This document shows positions 61,483 to 64,000 of a DNA stretch of 64,000 nt, in pieces; the first letter of the stretch is position 1, and every line of letters begins with the position of its first letter. A program made the translations under genes and the position numbers. Source of the stretch: Babesia bigemina. Lineage: Eukaryota. The notes beneath the pieces are model-generated. The model searched no databases. It was not told the DNA's origin and was given only the letters and a program-made list of their open reading frames with translations. Where the stretch lies: the NCBI RefSeq assembly GCF_000981445.1, contig NC_027218.1, forward strand, positions 1,860,001-1,924,000, written 5' to 3'.

Positions 61483-64000
61483 ATGGCGGCGAAGGGAGTC
61501 AAATTAGACACTCTGAAGCAGTGCTTAGAGTTTCTGTACTGGTTGCATAGTGACAGAAGAGGGAAAAAATTGCAAAGCAGAGTGGTTGATGAACTGTTTA
61601 ACATTATTAATAAATATTACAATAACTCTACATTTAGGGAGCAGTTGAGACTTTCTCTACCCGCTTTCCTCAATAGCGCTTCTAAAGTTTATAATCAGAT
61701 AAGTAACAAAACTACTCCTAGTAATTATGGAGGTAGCAGCGACCAAAATATTATTGACGCTATTCTTGAGTGTTTGCCGAAGGTATACGCCGCGTTTTCT
61801 CTATTGTTGTTCCATGTTGATTATACATACCGTGCTCTTGGAGGGGGGTTTTGGGCCTCGGAGGAAACTAATTCGGGTGATAATGCGCTCAAAAGCTATC
61901 TCACTGCATCTAATGATATATACAACGGCATAATACCTGGTGGATTTTCGGAAGGTGAGCTGAATTCCCTACAGGGCGTCAAGTTGGCCCATAACTTGAA
62001 TGAGGCTCTCACCAGATACATTTCCACTCCAGACATTTTCACGGGCGTACTTTTCAACAATTTGGTTAATAGTGATTGGCATGATGTGGACGCTGGGAAC
62101 GTGCTTCTTTTGCTGTGGGCGTTCTGTGAATATGTGGAAACCCATGAAGAAGGGGACAGTGAGCTGAAAACAAATTTACAAGAGGAGCTTAAGAAGAAAG
62201 GAATGTGTTTCGAGTGGGATATGTTGGTAGAGCATTGCAAAACGCTTAAAAAGTCACTCGATAAATTATTTGGCAATACATTTGATGATTTTAGTCCTAA
62301 ACCCTTCACCACTACCGGCAGAGCGTTTACCACTTTTGCCCTGAAGCCTGAGGCATTTGCGGGAGCTTTCGAGAAGTGGTTTATAGATCATTGGGATGAC
62401 ATAGGGGATGCTTTGGATGCCATTAAATCAGGCGTAGAGGATTTAGAAGAAAGTACTGCTGATTTCTCTCCTGAATATATATACCCCTACGGCATCGTGC
62501 TGAATAAAGATCAAAGAAACGAGTGGGAGCAGGGATTGAAGAACTTGCCGGCTGTTCTTAAAGCTCTCGGCAATTCCGATAACGGAGATGTGGAAAAACT
62601 TAAAGAAATTTTGGGAGGTACAAGTTGTCCAGTGCAACCCCCGCCGCCTCCACCTCTACAACCCGCCGGTCCTTCGACCAGCAAACCCGCCCCGCCGAAA
62701 CCGACCTCAACTACAACTGAGACCACCAAAAAGGTGGTAACCAAACCACAGTCAACTACAAATCAAAATAATGGTCAAAGTGAAGCAAATCTTCCAACTT
62801 CATCAGTCAGCAAACGTCCTTCATCTCCTTCCGGTGGTGCAGGAGCGCCAGGGCAGGCAGGGCCTAAAGGTAATCAAGGCCCGCAAGGCTCTTCTAGTAC
62901 CGGGTCTACAAAATCTCCACCTAAAAATAATGTTAAGCAACAGCCTCCATCTCAACCTCAACCAGCGCCTCCCCCTCAAGCCTCTCCCCCTGGTCCTGCA
63001 TCCCCTGCCTCCCCTAGTCAGTCCGGTGGCGGGGGTGGGAGTAAAAATGGCGGCGATCCTCAACCATCTGAGCAACATCCATCTCCAAGTGCTCCACCTA
63101 CAGGCGCTCCGTCACCTGCTACCCCTGTTTCCGGTGGTGGTCGGAGCCAGGGTGGGCAGGCGGCTTCTTCTGACGCTGGTCCAACAGGTGGGAAGAGTCA
63201 TGATTCACCGAGCGGTGTTCCTACAGTTCAACAGCCTGCACAACCTCGAGATCCAAGTGTTAAATCTCCAGGCTCTGCGTCATCTGGTGCCCCTGGTCCC
63301 AGAGGTGGTCAGGTGTCTACTGCTGTGCCTGTTCCACCGGGTGGTTATGGGCAGGGTTCACAGAGCGGTGGTAGTCAAGGTCAACAGACTGTTGTCCCTT
63401 CACAGCCTGCAAAACCTCCGACTACATATGTTCACCCTCCAGACCCTGCGTCACCTGTTGTTCCTGCTCCCGGTAATGGTCCGGGCCCGGGTGACCGGGG
63501 GTCCACTTCTAGCACCACCCAACAAAGTGGTCGTGTGACACCGCAAAGTTCTACCAACGCTGTTACTACGACATCCTCTGGTTCGGGGGCTGGTTCAGGT
63601 GGCGGTGGCGGTAGTGGAGGGGTTGGCGGAGGGAGTGGATCACCTACACGTAATAAAACCCAAACAGATGGTCAGCCTAAAAAATGTTACTACGTGAATA
63701 TGCAAAATCTCGTACACGAAACTGGTGATTACTGTCCTTCTGGGTACAAGAGGCCTGTCCGAGTTCCTGCTTATGGCCAGAGGACTCCTGAAGAACTTTG
63801 GAATGAGTTGAAACAAAAGGAGGAACAACAACGTGAAATGACGCAGAAAAAACAACGTACATTGCTACAAGATCTGCCTTATATCGACGGCGTTGATGCA
63901 ACTGCTCCTTTGGAAGGCTACGTTGTTCAAGATGTACTTCGAAGGCAGAACGAACGCAATAGACAATTCCGCGATTGGGGGTTAGCTTATGAACAATACC
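61483..64000 (+). CDS. VESA-like variant antigen paralog, 5' part (runs off window)
   Basis: MAAKGVKLDTLKQCLEFLYWL..., ILECLPK, IPGGFSEGEL, W..LVEHC, YPYG, then a P/S/G/Q-rich region. The frame is open to 64000 and absent from the ORF track because there is no stop. Confidence 0.85.
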   Translation, partial: MAAKGVKLDTLKQCLEFLYWLHSDRRGKKLQSRVVDELFNIINKYYNNSTFREQLRLSLPAFLNSASKVYNQISNKTTPSNYGGSSDQNIIDAILECLPKVYAAFSLLLFHVDYTYRALGGGFWASEETNSGDNALKSYLTASNDIYNGIIPGGFSEGELNSLQGVKLAHNLNEALTRYISTPDIFTGVLFNNLVNSDWHDVDAGNVLLLLWAFCEYVETHEEGDSELKTNLQEELKKKGMCFEWDMLVEHCKTLKKSLDKLFGNTFDDFSPKPFTTTGRAFTTFALKPEAFAGAFEKWFIDHWDDIGDALDAIKSGVEDLEESTADFSPEYIYPYGIVLNKDQRNEWEQGLKNLPAVLKALGNSDNGDVEKLKEILGGTSCPVQPPPPPPLQPAGPSTSKPAPPKPTSTTTETTKKVVTKPQSTTNQNNGQSEANLPTSSVSKRPSSPSGGAGAPGQAGPKGNQGPQGSSSTGSTKSPPKNNVKQQPPSQPQPAPPPQASPPGPASPASPSQSGGGGGSKNGGDPQPSEQHPSPSAPPTGAPSPATPVSGGGRSQGGQAASSDAGPTGGKSHDSPSGVPTVQQPAQPRDPSVKSPGSASSGAPGPRGGQVSTAVPVPPGGYGQGSQSGGSQGQQTVVPSQPAKPPTTYVHPPDPASPVVPAPGNGPGPGDRGSTSSTTQQSGRVTPQSSTNAVTTTSSGSGAGSGGGGGSGGVGGGSGSPTRNKTQTDGQPKKCYYVNMQNLVHETGDYCPSGYKRPVRVPAYGQRTPEELWNELKQKEEQQREMTQKKQRTLLQDLPYIDGVDATAPLEGYVVQDVLRRQNERNRQFRDWGLAYEQY

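Overview
Eukaryotic, intron-containing DNA from a piroplasm; it is most like Babesia bigemina/B. ovata, judged from ~30-45 nt GT-AG introns, VESA-like genes, and 6-Cys and CCp genes. A compact housekeeping block (~16.3-44.1 kb) contains ABCC transporter, dTMP kinase, CDK-related kinase, HACD/PTPLA, GlnRS, RPL23, syntaxin 5, SKA2-like, CCp1/2-type LCCL adhesin, bromodomain, cap N7-methyltransferase and p24 genes. It is flanked by two variant-antigen (ves-like) islands (3.3-11.6 kb and 44.3-64 kb). An FG-nucleoporin and a solitary 5S rRNA gene sit at the left edge. Most notable: (1) the cap methyltransferase carries an N-terminal Cet1/Prt1-like RNA-triphosphatase (TTM) domain that lacks the catalytic glutamates, i.e. 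a putative pseudo-triphosphatase-methyltransferase fusion; (2) a double-guide box C/D snoRNA in RPL23 intron 2 predicted to target LSU domain V; (3) a 9.2-kb ves-like frame broken only by two in-frame stops, head-to-head with another ves-like gene across a quasi-palindromic spacer whose elements recur upstream of a third paralog; (4) an 8-intron SKA2-like gene and the nucleoporin are invisible in the ORF track. All homology calls are from motif recognition by eye; no database searches were run.
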